From Octopus sinensis (Eukaryota): a stretch of DNA of 64,000 nt. The stretch is from assembly GCF_006345805.1 (NCBI RefSeq), contig NC_043006.1:31806001-31870000 (forward strand), read 5' to 3'. Made by a program: the position numbers and the translations under genes. Of this stretch, positions 63,862-64,000 are shown piece after piece. Position 1 is the first letter of the stretch. Each line of letters begins with the position of its first letter. Under the pieces are notes generated by a model. It searched no databases and was not told the origin of the DNA. It saw nothing but the letters and a program-made list of their open reading frames with translations.

Positions 63862-64000
63862 ATATTATGCATATGTAAAAAAATACAAACTGGGACAAGA
63901 ACGCAAAACATTTAGAAGACGATACAAAAAACACGGACGGGACATTCGAAGCCTTCAATCTTCAGTCAAGAACCGGATCATTCTCGCAATTCGATATATA

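Overview
Repeat-dominated, AT-rich animal genomic DNA. The SINE families and very dense (TA)n/(TACA)n/(GATA)n/(AAT)n microsatellites suggest an octopus/coleoid cephalopod (inference from recognition, not a search). A 100-N scaffold gap lies at 37385-37484. Most ORFs in the supplied track are microsatellite translations. The only host-like coding sequence is one frameshifted von Willebrand A (VWA) domain at about 60950-61560. Mobile elements: a full-length hAT (Charlie/Buster group) with TIRs and TSD, a second hAT relic, a deleted Tc1/mariner, two non-autonomous Helitrons, a 5'-truncated Tx1/L1 LINE in a (GATA)n tract, many R4/Dong-like RLE LINE fragments in (AAT)n tracts, Penelope-like (GIY-YIG) remnants, at least three tRNA-SINE families and a 5S rRNA-derived copy fused to a SINE. 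The most interesting signal, read by eye and not validated computationally, is about 13 type I hammerhead-ribozyme (HHR)-like motifs, nearly all with a palindromic stem III. Three have a perfect core and an unusually long (~68 nt) stem II, four carry a compensatory U3-A8 core, and two copies sit in a circularly permuted ~587-nt non-coding unit that resembles a retrozyme (circular-RNA) element.
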